This document shows, in pieces, positions 10,595-20,861 of a stretch of DNA of 64,000 bases (positions are counted from its first letter, which is position 1; each line of letters opens with the position of its first letter). The notes under the pieces are model-generated. The model saw nothing but the letters and a program-made list of their open reading frames with translations. It did no database searches and was not told the origin of the DNA. Source of the DNA: Candidatus Kapaibacterium sp. (GTDB taxonomy: Bacteria; Bacteroidota; Ignavibacteria; Kapaibacteriales; UBA2268); NCBI GenBank assembly GCA_938031175.1, contig CALHGZ010000004.1:1527-65526 (forward strand). Direction: 5' to 3'. Made by a program: the position numbers and the translations under genes.

Positions 10595-10713
10595 CTCCAC
10601 AAACAGCAAAAAATTTTTCAATCTTAAACTTTTTTGAAGTGACAAATCCTGTCGCCTTTTAATTTAAGTTTGTAATATATAGGCATATTTCTCACTAATT
10701 AAAAGGTGACCAT

Positions 10714-12357
10714 ATGAGAATGCTTTGTCTGCTTGCAATGTTATTAATAATAGCATTCTGCATGGCTCCAATGAGAGTAATTGAATTTACAGCACCACAG
10801 CGAGTTGAGGAAAATGAGGAAATCACGTTTTACTGGCAGGTTGAAAATGCTGGAAAAGTATCTATTGATAGAGAGAATCTGCCACATACAGGAATGTTGT
10901 CTGTGAGGGCGGATAAATCAAGGACATTTATTTTAGAATGCGAAGGCAAAGGTAAGAAACTTACAAAAGAAGTTGTTGTTGAGGTTTATCCTAAAATAGT
11001 GATGGATAAACCAAAGATTAAGCCTGAAGTGCACAAAGATGAATCAAAATTTTTGAAAGGATTGGTTGAATATACTTTGACAAGTGATGATGACTAGAAA
11101 TTTTCGATTTTCGGTTTTGACAGGAGCAATTATCCGCAGAGTATGGGAATTTATGTTTCGGTGAAGGATAAGTATGGAAACTTCATTGCAAATTTAGCAC
11201 CACCTTATGGAACAGAGGATGTACAAAGAGAGTATTTCAAAAAAGTAATCGAATCAATCGAAGGCAAAGTTAGAGAAATTACAGATTTTACGGTAACCGA
11301 GCATCACGATTATATCCCACAAAATTATAATTTTTCATTGGTGTTAGATCACAGCGGTTCTATGGTAGGAGAACCAATTCTACAGCTTGAAAATTCAGTT
11401 CGGAAATATTTCAATTTGATCAAAGACGATGATAAAGTTTCAGTTGTAAAATATGATTCGTATTTGCATGTTGAGTCGCCATTAGCTCCAAAGAGAATAG
11501 CAATGAAAAATTATGTTTTTGATCAATTAAGACGCTTTGGTGTGGGAACTTCTTTAATTGCAGGTGGAAGTTTAGGAATCAATACTTTATCAGATGCTGA
11601 TAATAATAAAATTGTAATTTTATTTACAGATGGCTGGGAAAATAGCTCTTTTATAAGTTCTTTTATTTTTTATGATTTAAAATTAGCATTCAAGCCATCA
11701 CATTTAATTTTTCAAGCCCGCGAGATGAATACCAAAATTTATACAATCGGATTTGGTTCTGTTGATGAGTCTTTGTTGAAAAAATTAGCAACCCTAACAG
11801 ATGGCAAATACTACTATACTAATGATGGTAAAGAAATAGAAGACATATTTGAAAAATTGCCAAGACTATTTAATAATTATTACTATATAACTTATGCTCC
11901 AACAGAAAGCGAAGGTATTCATGAGATTGCAATTGAGGGAGTTAATAAAGCTGGTAGTAAAATAAATATAAAAGGTGAAACTTATGTCGGTAGTAAATTG
12001 AATATTATGGAGCAACAAATACCACCACAAACAGTTGCAATGTTTGCTTTCAATAGCGATGCGTTAGATGATGAATACCTGAAATTTATAAAACCTTTTG
12101 CTAATTATTTGAATAAAAATCCGAATGCGACAATTGAAGTTATTGGACATACTGACTCGAGTGGAAAAGAAGATGTGAATAAATTATTGTCGTTAAGAAG
12201 AGCTCAACAAGTAAAAAGAGAACTTGTAAAAAATGGTATTTCAGCAAATAGAGTTAAGGCAATTGGTATGGGCTTTTCTCAACCATTACATGATCCAGAA
12301 ATTTTTGAGTGCCATGCTCAAGAAAATAGAAGAGTTGAGATAATTATTAAGGATTGA
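10714..12357 (+). pseudogene. Secreted Ig-like + VWA + OmpA-family protein, interrupted by one in-frame TAG (11095-11097)
   Basis: ORFs 10714-11097 and 11143-12357 share a frame, and the gap reads KFSIFGFDRSNYPQS. The joined protein aligns with the intact paralog at 53182-55029. MIDAS DHSGS and OmpA GHTD..LS..RA..NRRVE are present. Confidence 0.85.
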
Positions 12358-12367
12358 TTTATTAATA

Positions 12368-12400
12368 AGTAGTCCGGGAATTTTTTATTCTCGGACTACT
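12368..12400. terminator. Stem-loop between the VWA-OmpA and protease genes (terminator or mRNA-stabilising hairpin)
   Basis: AGTAGTCCGGGAAT...ATTCTCGGACTACT inverted repeat; no clear U-tract on the + strand. Confidence 0.5.
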
Positions 12401-12432
12401 AACGATTAGTAATAAATTATAAGGAGTAAACG

Positions 12433-13071
12433 ATGAGAGTTATCATTTTAATTATCTGTTTAGAATTATATACTATTAAAATATTTGCTCAAGATATAAG
12501 TAAATTAATCGAATATGCCACTGGAACAGTAGTTCAAATTATTACTCAAAGCTCAACGGGGAGCGGTGTTATAATAAATTTGAACGGATTTGTGCTGACC
12601 AATTTTCATGTTATTGAGGATTATTATTATTTGGCTTCAACTATTCAAATTATAACCAATTCAAAAGATAGGTAAAAAGTAAATAGTATTATTGATTATG
12701 ATGATGATTTGGATATAGCATTAATAAAAACAGATCCAATTGAAATAGAGCTACCGGCTATAATTGTTCATCCCGATAGTCTCAAGATTGGAGAAGATGT
12801 AATCTGTATAGGTAGTCCGTTTGGTCTTCAGAATTATGTAACCAAAGGTATCATTAGTAAATACGTAACTCCTTATGTCTTTACTTCCGCTTCAATTAAT
12901 CCTGGGAACAGTGGTGGGGCTTTAATAAATATGAATGGGGAATTGGTTGGAATACCAACAATGACACTAAGAGAATCGCAAAATTTGAATTTTGCTATTT
13001 GTCCCAGAACAATCAGGTATTTTTTGGAAAAAAATAGAATTGAGTACTATAAAAGTGAAAATTTCAGATAA
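12433..13071 (+). pseudogene. Secreted trypsin-like (HtrA/S1C, no PDZ) serine protease, interrupted by one in-frame TAA (12673-12675)
   Basis: ORFs 12433-12675 and 12709-13071 share a frame, and the gap reads KVNSIIDYDDDL. The triad is split across the stop: His in TNFHVI, Asp in DIALIK, Ser in GNSGG. Confidence 0.88.
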
Positions 13072-13387
13072 GAAAGATTTATTAAACGATTTACTTTATG
13101 GTATAATATAGGTTTTATAATAAAATCAATTCAAAATAAATAATAATATAATCTAATCTAATCAATAGTGATTTGCTTTTTTGTTGATTACATTCTAAAT
13201 TGAACTCATTAACATACGCAAAACAATCGTTACTTTCTCCCAATAAATAAAAATGCCATCAAATCCTCAAAATAAAACTTTATAACTTAACTTGGTCATC
13301 TGAAAAAACACTCATATTTAGAATTTTTTATTATTTTTGTATTTCTTTATACTACATATTATTAACTTATTTGTCAGAGAAATAATT

Positions 13388-13531
13388 ATGAAAAGAACAT
13401 ATCAGCCGAGCAAGAGAAAAAGACTCAAGACACACGGTTTCCGTGCAAGGATGGCAACGAAAAATGGCCGCAAAGTTCTGAGTGCAAGGAGGAAAAAGGG
13501 ACGTTACAAATTAACAGTTAGCGATGAATAA
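13388..13531 (+). CDS. rpmH: 50S ribosomal protein L34
   Basis: [22 protein letters not shown]; the true start is ATG 13388. Confidence 0.98.
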   Translation: MKRTYQPSKRKRLKTHGFRARMATKNGRKVLSARRKKGRYKLTVSDE

Positions 13532-13591
13532 ATTTTTTTTGTTATCAAAATCTTTTTAGCTCTAATTGAAAATTATGGCGGAACATATGAG

Positions 13592-13993
13592 GTGATTATT
13601 AAAATCAAGCCTATTAAAGGCGTGAAAGCATTTACAAATGCAATAAAAAATTCCAGAAAATTCAGGAGCGAAAAAGCAACAGCTTACGTCTGTTTTAATG
13701 AAAACATAAATTTCAATGGAAATTACGATGGAGTAAAAGATATTTTTTTTCTAAGCTATGGCATTATTTTGAGCAAAAAGCTATTGAAAAAAGCAGTTGT
13801 CCGTAATAGAATAAAAAGATTAATAAGAGAAAGCTTGCGAATAATTACAATTGAATACAATGAGCAACTTAAAATTATTAAAACGCTTGTACTCAGTTGG
13901 AATCGAAACCCAATGCATCCAAAATTGATCAATTTGGATGAGGTTAAGACTGAAATGAGGATTTTAATCAATAAAATTTTAGCACATAAATAA
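13592..13993 (+). CDS. rnpA: Ribonuclease P protein component
   Basis: RNR motif [15 protein letters not shown]; located after rpmH. Confidence 0.92.
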   Translation: MIIKIKPIKGVKAFTNAIKNSRKFRSEKATAYVCFNENINFNGNYDGVKDIFFLSYGIILSKKLLKKAVVRNRIKRLIRESLRIITIEYNEQLKIIKTLVLSWNRNPMHPKLINLDEVKTEMRILINKILAHK

Positions 13994-14001
13994 GGAAACA
14001 G

Positions 14002-14244
14002 TTGAAAAAAATTCTTATAATATTAATTAAAGCATATAAAAAATTAATTTCGCCATATTTGCCTTCGAGTTGTCGTTTTTATCCAACTTGTTCAAGCTAT
14101 GCAGTAGAATCTATTGAACGGTTCGGTATAGTAGTAGGTATATGGCTAACTTTAAAGCGTGTTATGAAATGTCATCCTTTGCATCCTGGTGGTTTTGACC
14201 CCGTACCTGAAAATCTAAATTTTAAACATTCACATAAACATTAA
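14002..14244 (+). CDS. yidD: Membrane protein insertion efficiency factor YidD
   Basis: [11 protein letters not shown]...[14 protein letters not shown]. Confidence 0.96.
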   Translation: MKKILIILIKAYKKLISPYLPSSCRFYPTCSSYAVESIERFGIVVGIWLTLKRVMKCHPLHPGGFDPVPENLNFKHSHKH

Positions 14245-14254
14245 TTCGAGAATT

Positions 14255-16174
14255 ATGGATAAGCGTTCGCTATTGGGCTTGATTTTAATTACTATAATAG
14301 TAACAATTTGGCTTTTTTATACTTCTATTCAACAACAACCCGAAATAGTTAGTGAAAAGAAATCTATTGATACTCTACAGGAAGCATCAAAAAAAATTGA
14401 TAGTTTACCTGCAAGTATTGATAGCTTGCAAGAGAAGGAATCTGAGAAAGATATAGATAAAATTAATAAGCAAAAATTTGGTTCTCTTGCACATCTAGCA
14501 AAAGGCGAAAGGTTAATTTATACTATTGAAACAGATTTAATAAAAGCACAAATAGTCAACAAAGGTGCTTCTTTAGTTCGATGGTACTTGAAAAACTACA
14601 AAAAGTGGGATGGAGATTCTGTTCAATTAATTTGGGAACCCAAAGGGGAATATTTCTTAAGATTTCTAACTTACGAAGACAAAAGAATTGATTCTCGTGA
14701 TTTATTTTTTACAATCAATATAGATTCGCCAAATATCAGGCTTACTGGAGATGATTCATTACGCTTAGTAGCAAAACTTGAGATTGCACCGGGGAAATCA
14801 ATTGAAAAAGTACTTACTTTCTACGGTAATAAATATCATATATCGAGCGATATAATATTAAATAATGTAGATGATATCATACCGAGTCGGGGTTATAACT
14901 TGATATGGAGCGAGGGTCTTCATTATCAAGAATTTAATTCAATTGATGAAACTCATGAATCAATGGCGATGGTATCACTCAATGGTCAGTTCGAAGAGTT
15001 ACAGGCTGAAGATAACAAAAAGGTAGAATCGAGTTCAACGGGTTTAATTGATTTTACAGCCGTTAAAATCAAATATTTTACAGCTGCAATAGTTCCCCAA
15101 CCTTTCAGGAGTTTTGATGGTACTGTTGATTTAAGCGGCAGAAAATATTACGTTTACAAAGGTGATGAACGGCGCAATAGTGTGGTTGCTAAACATGCGA
15201 TGGCATTTCGAGTGCCATACAAAGGAGGTAGACAATCAAACACCTTTTTGCTTTATATCGGTCCGCTTGATTACAATATTTTGAAAGATTATAATGTGGG
15301 ATTAGAAGGAATAATAAATTTCGGTTGGCGACTGATTGTAAGGCCTATCGGCGAATTCTTTATGTTGCCAATCTTCAAGTTTATCCATTCCTTTATTCCG
15401 AATTATGGTATAGCTTTAATTGTTTTTTCAGTCTTGATGAAAATCCTTCTTTATCCATTGTCAATACAGCAGATGCGTTCTGCACAGAAAATGCAATTGT
15501 TAGCTCCGGAAATAAATAATATCCGCGAAAAATATAAAGATGACAATACTAAGCAACAGCAGGAAATAATGAAGCTTTATTCCGAATACGGAATAAATCC
15601 AATGGGTGGGTGCTTACCGCTATTATTGCAATTGCCAATATTATACGCATTGTGGTCAGTTTTAAGAGTATCAATAGATCTGCGTCAGGCTGAATTTATG
15701 TTATGGATTAAGGACCTTTCAATTCCCGATTATATTATTGATTTGGGATTCAAATTACCAATAATTGGGATTGATAAATTCTCCGGACTTGCTTTGCTTA
15801 TGGGAGCGACATTGTTTATCCAGCAGAAAATGACAATTACCGATCCAAGGCAGAAAGGTTTGGTTTATATTATGCCTATTATGTTTACATTATTATTTTC
15901 TAATTTTCCATCTGGTTTGAATTTATATTATTTCATTTTTAATTTATTAGGAATAATTCAACAAGTTTATTTGAATAAATTCTCTTCTAAAAAGTTAACT
16001 TTAGCGGATTTGAAGCGAATGCCTAAAAAAGAAGGTTGGTTGCAGAAAAAAATGCGTGAAGCCCAGGAGATTGCTGCTGCTCAAGGTAAATCTATTCCCG
16101 GTCAGCCAAAATTTGATTCTACCCAACAGCAAACAAATAGACCGAGGAAAAAAGGTTATAAACGGAAGAAATGA
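14255..16174 (+). CDS. yidC: Membrane protein insertase YidC
   Basis: N-terminal TM, large periplasmic domain, NYGIALI, NPMGGCLPLLLQLP, PSGLNLYY. Confidence 0.98.
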   Translation: MDKRSLLGLILITIIVTIWLFYTSIQQQPEIVSEKKSIDTLQEASKKIDSLPASIDSLQEKESEKDIDKINKQKFGSLAHLAKGERLIYTIETDLIKAQIVNKGASLVRWYLKNYKKWDGDSVQLIWEPKGEYFLRFLTYEDKRIDSRDLFFTINIDSPNIRLTGDDSLRLVAKLEIAPGKSIEKVLTFYGNKYHISSDIILNNVDDIIPSRGYNLIWSEGLHYQEFNSIDETHESMAMVSLNGQFEELQAEDNKKVESSSTGLIDFTAVKIKYFTAAIVPQPFRSFDGTVDLSGRKYYVYKGDERRNSVVAKHAMAFRVPYKGGRQSNTFLLYIGPLDYNILKDYNVGLEGIINFGWRLIVRPIGEFFMLPIFKFIHSFIPNYGIALIVFSVLMKILLYPLSIQQMRSAQKMQLLAPEINNIREKYKDDNTKQQQEIMKLYSEYGINPMGGCLPLLLQLPILYALWSVLRVSIDLRQAEFMLWIKDLSIPDYIIDLGFKLPIIGIDKFSGLALLMGATLFIQQKMTITDPRQKGLVYIMPIMFTLLFSNFPSGLNLYYFIFNLLGIIQQVYLNKFSSKKLTLADLKRMPKKEGWLQKKMREAQEIAAAQGKSIPGQPKFDSTQQQTNRPRKKGYKRKK

Positions 16175-16186
16175 TTATTAGTGAAT

Positions 16187-16224
16187 AAAAAAACCTCAGT
16201 GTAATTTTCACTGAGGTTTTTTTT
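16187..16224. terminator. Bidirectional intrinsic terminator
   Basis: AAAAAAACCTCAGTG-TAATTTT-CACTGAGGTTTTTTTT between convergent genes. Confidence 0.9.
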
Positions 16225-16237
16225 ATTAATTCAAGAT

Positions 16238-16753
16238 TTACAAAGGGATAATATCGTCAGCTATAAAAATTTTCAAATCACCAATGCTTTTTGATTTACC
16301 AATTAAACCGACGTTTCTTCCAGCATATTTCTTTAATAATTGGACGGGAACTGTTCCTCCCGCATCAAAAACGATGTAAATCTCATTGTTAATCCTAACT
16401 CCAATTAATTGACCTTGTTCGAGTAGTCTTTCAGCCTTATCTACAGTTAAGTTACCGGAGCCTCCGATTATTATATCCTGTATATTTACAATTGTTGCTT
16501 TGATGGGTTTATTCCGAGTACCTTGTAATGTAGGTGTCTCGTCAATGTTAGAAGCTATTATATCTTCGTCAGCGTGACTTAATTCATCGGATTGTTCACT
16601 ATCCATCATATTTTCGTGGTCATGTCCATTATGTTCGTGCATTTCGTGTTGTTCAATATTATCTTTTGGCAGATCATCTTTTTTGTTTTCACCACATGAA
16701 AAGAGAAGTAAAAGACTTGAAATTGTTAGAAATGTTAAAATTCTTATGATCAT
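16238..16753 (-). CDS. Lipoprotein with a His/Met-rich linker and a C-terminal domain paralogous to 16781-17248
   Basis: Lipobox LFSC, segment HEMHEHNGHDHENMM, and a C-terminal ~90 aa that aligns with the neighbouring gene. Confidence 0.75.
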   Translation of the reverse strand: MIIRILTFLTISSLLLLFSCGENKKDDLPKDNIEQHEMHEHNGHDHENMMDSEQSDELSHADEDIIASNIDETPTLQGTRNKPIKATIVNIQDIIIGGSGNLTVDKAERLLEQGQLIGVRINNEIYIVFDAGGTVPVQLLKKYAGRNVGLIGKSKSIGDLKIFIADDIIPL

Positions 16754-16780
16754 ATCTAAATTTTATTTTAATTAGACAAA

Positions 16781-17248
16781 TTAATTAATAGGTTGCATAT
16801 CTGCAGCCTGAATAAAGGTTATTCCACTTCTGGTCAATTTTTTACCAATGACTCCAATTGTGTTGTATGGAGCTAATTTAGCAAGTAAATTTGAAGCATA
16901 ACTTCCATCGGCATTAAATACAAGCATAACTTTTTTGTTGACCATAAGTGCAAGTGGCTGTCCGTTTTTAACTAGTGCTTCGGCTTCTTCTTTGGTAACG
17001 CGTCCCTCTTGACCAAGCATTACTTTGGATAAGCTTACCACATAACCGCGGAAATTAAATTTTGTTTTTGGATCAGCAAATGGCATTTGCTGAGCTTGGT
17101 TACCGCTGCGAGTTTGCGTTTGTTCCTGAATCTGCTCTTGTGGTTGTTGTTGTGTCTCAGTTGGAGTTGATCGTTGACTTCTTTGTGCAAAAGTAAGTGT
17201 ATTTATTAGAATAAGACCTAATGATAACAGAATTAATATTTTTTTCAT
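16781..17248 (-). CDS. Secreted hypothetical protein with a Gln-rich linker, paralog of 16238-16753
   Basis: Signal peptide ending TFA-Q, SD GGAGG, and the shared AE.L...GQ...LVF...G...L.K.A...G.IGK pattern. Confidence 0.75.
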   Translation of the reverse strand: MKKILILLSLGLILINTLTFAQRSQRSTPTETQQQPQEQIQEQTQTRSGNQAQQMPFADPKTKFNFRGYVVSLSKVMLGQEGRVTKEEAEALVKNGQPLALMVNKKVMLVFNADGSYASNLLAKLAPYNTIGVIGKKLTRSGITFIQAADMQPIN

Positions 17249-17278
17249 ATTTTTCCCTCCATATTTATATTAAGAAAT

Positions 17279-17302
17279 ACCTGCCGGTTGGAACCGGCAG
17301 GT
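17279..17302 (-). terminator. Intrinsic terminator/hairpin after 17310-18473
   Basis: ACCTGCCGGTT-GG-AACCGGCAGGT, followed on the minus strand by ATTTCTT. Confidence 0.7.
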
Positions 17303-17309
17303 TTATATA

Positions 17310-18473
17310 TTAGCTATTTGGGGTTTTGGCAAACGGAACATCGACAATTTTTTGATAGGAGATTTCTACTTCAATGTATCTATTTGGCTGTGTTCCCTGT
17401 AGCCATTGTCCACCGGTTTTCTTAATCATAACTTTGGCATAATTCCATTTACCGGGTGTATTTTCAACTCGTACCAGAAATACAACTGCGTTTTTACCTT
17501 TCATATCTATGGCATTTAAGTCTCTATAGTTGTCAGTATAAGTAATGTTTTGATTCATTGGAATATTGTCAAGTGCTTCATCGAGTGAATTGACTAGATA
17601 GTATTCTTCTCCGGCACCTATTTGAGAGTATTTTGGTGTGCCTGAATAGTTATAGGGTAATTTTCTAGCAGGTCCGAAATGAACAACTCCTCCTGTAGTA
17701 TATAAACCAAATTCCCATTTATCACCAACAGCAACAGTGTAAGTTCTTGGACCACCGGTGATAGGATCGAATAAGGCAAGCCCACTTCCGCTTGCAGATG
17801 CACTTTCGAATATTCTAATTGATTGTGCGTTAACTTCTTTAAATCTTGATGCTGGAGACCATTGTACTTTGGCTGATGTTGTACCTTCGACAGCTGTTGC
17901 ATATTTCGAAGTAATTTCAAATGTGTATATTATACCTTCTTCTAATTCAGTAACATCATATTGAGTTGCGGATTTTGGCAAAGTTATGGGAGGTACACCA
18001 CCGCTAACTGTCAATATGTAATTACTAAAAATTGAATAATCTGCTTGTGGAGACTTTTTCCATACTAATCTTACTGTTGTGCTATTTATTGAAGTTGCCA
18101 AAAGCTCGGTTGGTGGTTCGGGATTAGCCGGTACTATTGTAAAATCGACTTCATTGCTTGGTTTATTGTTATTGATTACTACTAATTTGCCACTTTTAGC
18201 ACCATCTGGGATTTTAACTCTGATTCTAGTATCTGTCCATTCAATGTAACCGTTAGGAGGAACATCAAACCCGCCAAATCGGACTGTTCCCGGATCGGTT
18301 GCCTTGCCAAAGCCGCTACCATTAATAGTTAATTCCATTCCAACATAACCTGCATCATAAGTTAGTAATGTTATAACAGGATTTTCTGTTGTAGGTGATG
18401 TGGTTTCATCACAAGCATTGAAAAAGATTATTGATGCTGTAAGTAGTAAAATCAGTGTTGTTAATTTTTTCAT
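17310..18473 (-). CDS. Surface lipoprotein with IPT/TIG and fibronectin type III domains
   Basis: Lipobox FNAC-DE, IPT motif LTINGSGFG..WTDTRIRVKIP..AKSG, and FN3 motif PPTEL..VRLVW..YDVTELEEGIIYTFEI. Confidence 0.8.
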   Translation of the reverse strand: MKKLTTLILLLTASIIFFNACDETTSPTTENPVITLLTYDAGYVGMELTINGSGFGKATDPGTVRFGGFDVPPNGYIEWTDTRIRVKIPDGAKSGKLVVINNNKPSNEVDFTIVPANPEPPTELLATSINSTTVRLVWKKSPQADYSIFSNYILTVSGGVPPITLPKSATQYDVTELEEGIIYTFEITSKYATAVEGTTSAKVQWSPASRFKEVNAQSIRIFESASASGSGLALFDPITGGPRTYTVAVGDKWEFGLYTTGGVVHFGPARKLPYNYSGTPKYSQIGAGEEYYLVNSLDEALDNIPMNQNITYTDNYRDLNAIDMKGKNAVVFLVRVENTPGKWNYAKVMIKKTGGQWLQGTQPNRYIEVEISYQKIVDVPFAKTPNS

Positions 18474-18549
18474 AAAATGACTCCATGATTAGTTCAAAAA
18501 CAGGAAATATATAATTAATTTTCAACGTTTAATAGTAGATTCTATTTTA

Positions 18550-19794
18550 TTATAAATCGGCGACGATTAAAAGCTCTTTTGCAAGATTTGCAGTTAATTG
18601 ATTTCTATCAAATTGTGCAACAAAATTATCATCAGGAATAGGTAAAGAGGCATTTTTCCACCAGTAATACAATTTACTGATTGCATTTTTGATTTGTTTA
18701 ACATCGTCGGGTGCAGTAACTATTGCAGATTGTGAATCTAATGCAATTTTCCTAATATGTCCGTCGGGGACGCAAGCCAGAATTGTTCGACGGGCGCCAA
18801 AATATTCAAATAATTTACCTGGTGTACGGAAATTATCGAATTGCATAAGCCACAAAACATCGGATTCAAGTAAATTTTTTATTGTAGCTTTGTGCGGTAG
18901 GTATCCTGTACAAATTGTTATGTCATCCAATGCGTATTTCTTAATTAACTTAAAATGACTTTTTCGCATAACACCAATAAATCTAAGTTCGAAATCGTTA
19001 CGTGCTGTTGAATTACTCTCTAAGAATTCAGCAACAGCTTTTAAAAAGTATTTTGGAGTTCGGTTGTCTTGGAAGACGCCAGAATGGGTGATGACAAATT
19101 TTTCGGAATTTTCAATATCAATGTTTTCAAAATCTTTAGGGTCGAACCCGTGAGGTATAATGACTATATCCTGGTGATTGAGGAATCTGAATTTTTTAAG
19201 CAAAAATTCTTTTGCAAAGCGGGTTGTAACAATAATTTTTTCGGCTTTTTTTAATAAATCGTTTTCAAGTTTTAGCGATTTTCTTAGATGGAAGGGTGTC
19301 GGATAATAGTAAAAAGGATTACCATTCCATATATCGCGGTAATCAATGATAAAAGGTTTGTTAAACTTTTCGGCTAATTCTTGAGCGATTAAAAAATCGG
19401 TGAAAGGGGGAGCTGTAGCAAAAATTGCATTAATTTGGTGTGCCTCAAAAATGTGTTCAGCAAGTCTTACTGCTGGTTTTTTCCAAATGATTTTACTATC
19501 AGGGATGTAGATAGTATTATAAATTAATCGACCCAATTTTTGAGTAAAATAGTTCGGGAATGATTTTATATTGTTTTTATTTGTTTTTTTGGTTTTAGTG
19601 CGATAAATACTAATTGTATCAATTTCATTGATTAATTCATTATCAAAAGCATAATAGCTTATGGGTTCAGTTGTTAAAACAATCGGATTCCAATTGTGAA
19701 ATGGTAGATATTTGACAAATTTCAAAGTTCTTTGTACACCGCTTAGTCCCATAGGGGGAAAATAATAGGCAATTACCAAAACATTAGGATTCAT
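18550..19794 (-). CDS. Glycosyltransferase family 4
   Basis: YYFPPMGLSGVQRTLKFVKYL, DYRDIW, PGKLFEY. Confidence 0.9.
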   Translation of the reverse strand: MNPNVLVIAYYFPPMGLSGVQRTLKFVKYLPFHNWNPIVLTTEPISYYAFDNELINEIDTISIYRTKTKKTNKNNIKSFPNYFTQKLGRLIYNTIYIPDSKIIWKKPAVRLAEHIFEAHQINAIFATAPPFTDFLIAQELAEKFNKPFIIDYRDIWNGNPFYYYPTPFHLRKSLKLENDLLKKAEKIIVTTRFAKEFLLKKFRFLNHQDIVIIPHGFDPKDFENIDIENSEKFVITHSGVFQDNRTPKYFLKAVAEFLESNSTARNDFELRFIGVMRKSHFKLIKKYALDDITICTGYLPHKATIKNLLESDVLWLMQFDNFRTPGKLFEYFGARRTILACVPDGHIRKIALDSQSAIVTAPDDVKQIKNAISKLYYWWKNASLPIPDDNFVAQFDRNQLTANLAKELLIVADL

Positions 19795-20069
19795 AAAATT
19801 TATAAAGTAATTCTTAACTTAAATCATTTTCAAAATTATCAATTTTTGGATTATAAATAATTAATTTTTGCCTGTTGATGATGATTAGAATTGGAATTTT
19901 TATTAATTGGTATGTTTTTATTAATTAACTTATCAATAAAATTAAATTGCATAACATAATTGAATTTTTTAGGAATAATTATTACAACATATTGCAACAC
20001 AGATTTATTTTTCTTATGTTTGTATTATGGATTGTTGTATAAAAATTTATTTACCAAGCAAAACTATTT

Positions 20070-20843
20070 ATGAATGATAAAATAAATTTATTAATAGTTG
20101 ACGATGAGCAAATAATTTTAGATAGTATTGAAAAGCATCTTCAATCAGATGAATATCTATCAATTCATAAGGCATGTAATGTAAATCAGGCAATGGAAAT
20201 AATCAAAACTAAGGATATAAGAATAATTTTAACTGATTTAATGATGCCTGATATAGATGGTTTGGAATTCATACGTATGGTAAAAGAAATTAATTCAAAA
20301 GCATTAATTGTAATGATTACTGGTTATGCAACAATAAATACAGCTATACAGGCAATGCAGCTTGGAGCTTTCGATTATATTTCCAAACCATTCACTCGAG
20401 CTGAATTACGTAACGTTGTTCATCGTGCTTACGAATTGACTCAGTTATCAGAATCAAACAACAAGCAAATAAATGGTAAAGATTTTTATGAGGCTATACC
20501 ATTGGAGGGAGTTGCAAAGCACTCTTGGATGATGTTATTAGACGATGGGAGTGTCATAATTGGAACAGAAAGACCTTTTATTATCAATATGGGTAAGATA
20601 CAAACTGTTTATTTACCATCTGTTGGAGATGAAATCCGTCAGGGTAGTGTTTATTTTCAAGCTTTTTCAACTGATTTACGAACACATTCATTGTTTTCAC
20701 CTTTATCGGGAATAGTTTCTGATGTGAATTCAAAAGTACTTACAGATCCAAACTTAGCTTTACAAGATCCATATGGTGAAGGCTGGTTGATTAAAATTAA
20801 GCCCACAAATTTCGATGAAGAAATTAAATTACTAGGTTTATAA
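20070..20843 (+). CDS. Response regulator receiver domain fused to a glycine cleavage H-like domain
   Basis: REC motifs VDDE, TDLMMPDIDG, ITGYA, KPF. C-terminal HSW..IIG..LPSVGDEI..SPLSG.V..VN..DPYGEGWLIKI is typical of GcvH. Confidence 0.88.
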   Translation: MNDKINLLIVDDEQIILDSIEKHLQSDEYLSIHKACNVNQAMEIIKTKDIRIILTDLMMPDIDGLEFIRMVKEINSKALIVMITGYATINTAIQAMQLGAFDYISKPFTRAELRNVVHRAYELTQLSESNNKQINGKDFYEAIPLEGVAKHSWMMLLDDGSVIIGTERPFIINMGKIQTVYLPSVGDEIRQGSVYFQAFSTDLRTHSLFSPLSGIVSDVNSKVLTDPNLALQDPYGEGWLIKIKPTNFDEEIKLLGL

Positions 20844-20861
20844 ATTAATAATTCAACAACT

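Noticed and set aside
11095-12675. Genome-wide stop-codon reassignment (TAG or TAA as sense)
   Set aside because: TAA ends most genes and TAG ends apparently complete genes (e.g. 22034-23251, 42364-44955, 55197-55661); core genes have no internal stops.
13072-13387. Possible oriC upstream of rpmH
   Set aside because: No dnaA is adjacent and no TTATCCACA/TGTGGATAA boxes were found in this interval; AT-richness alone is uninformative here.
10595-13387. Genomic island integrated at tRNA-Thr
   Set aside because: No integrase and no duplicated tRNA 3' end (attR) were found, so an island cannot be supported although the genes look accessory.
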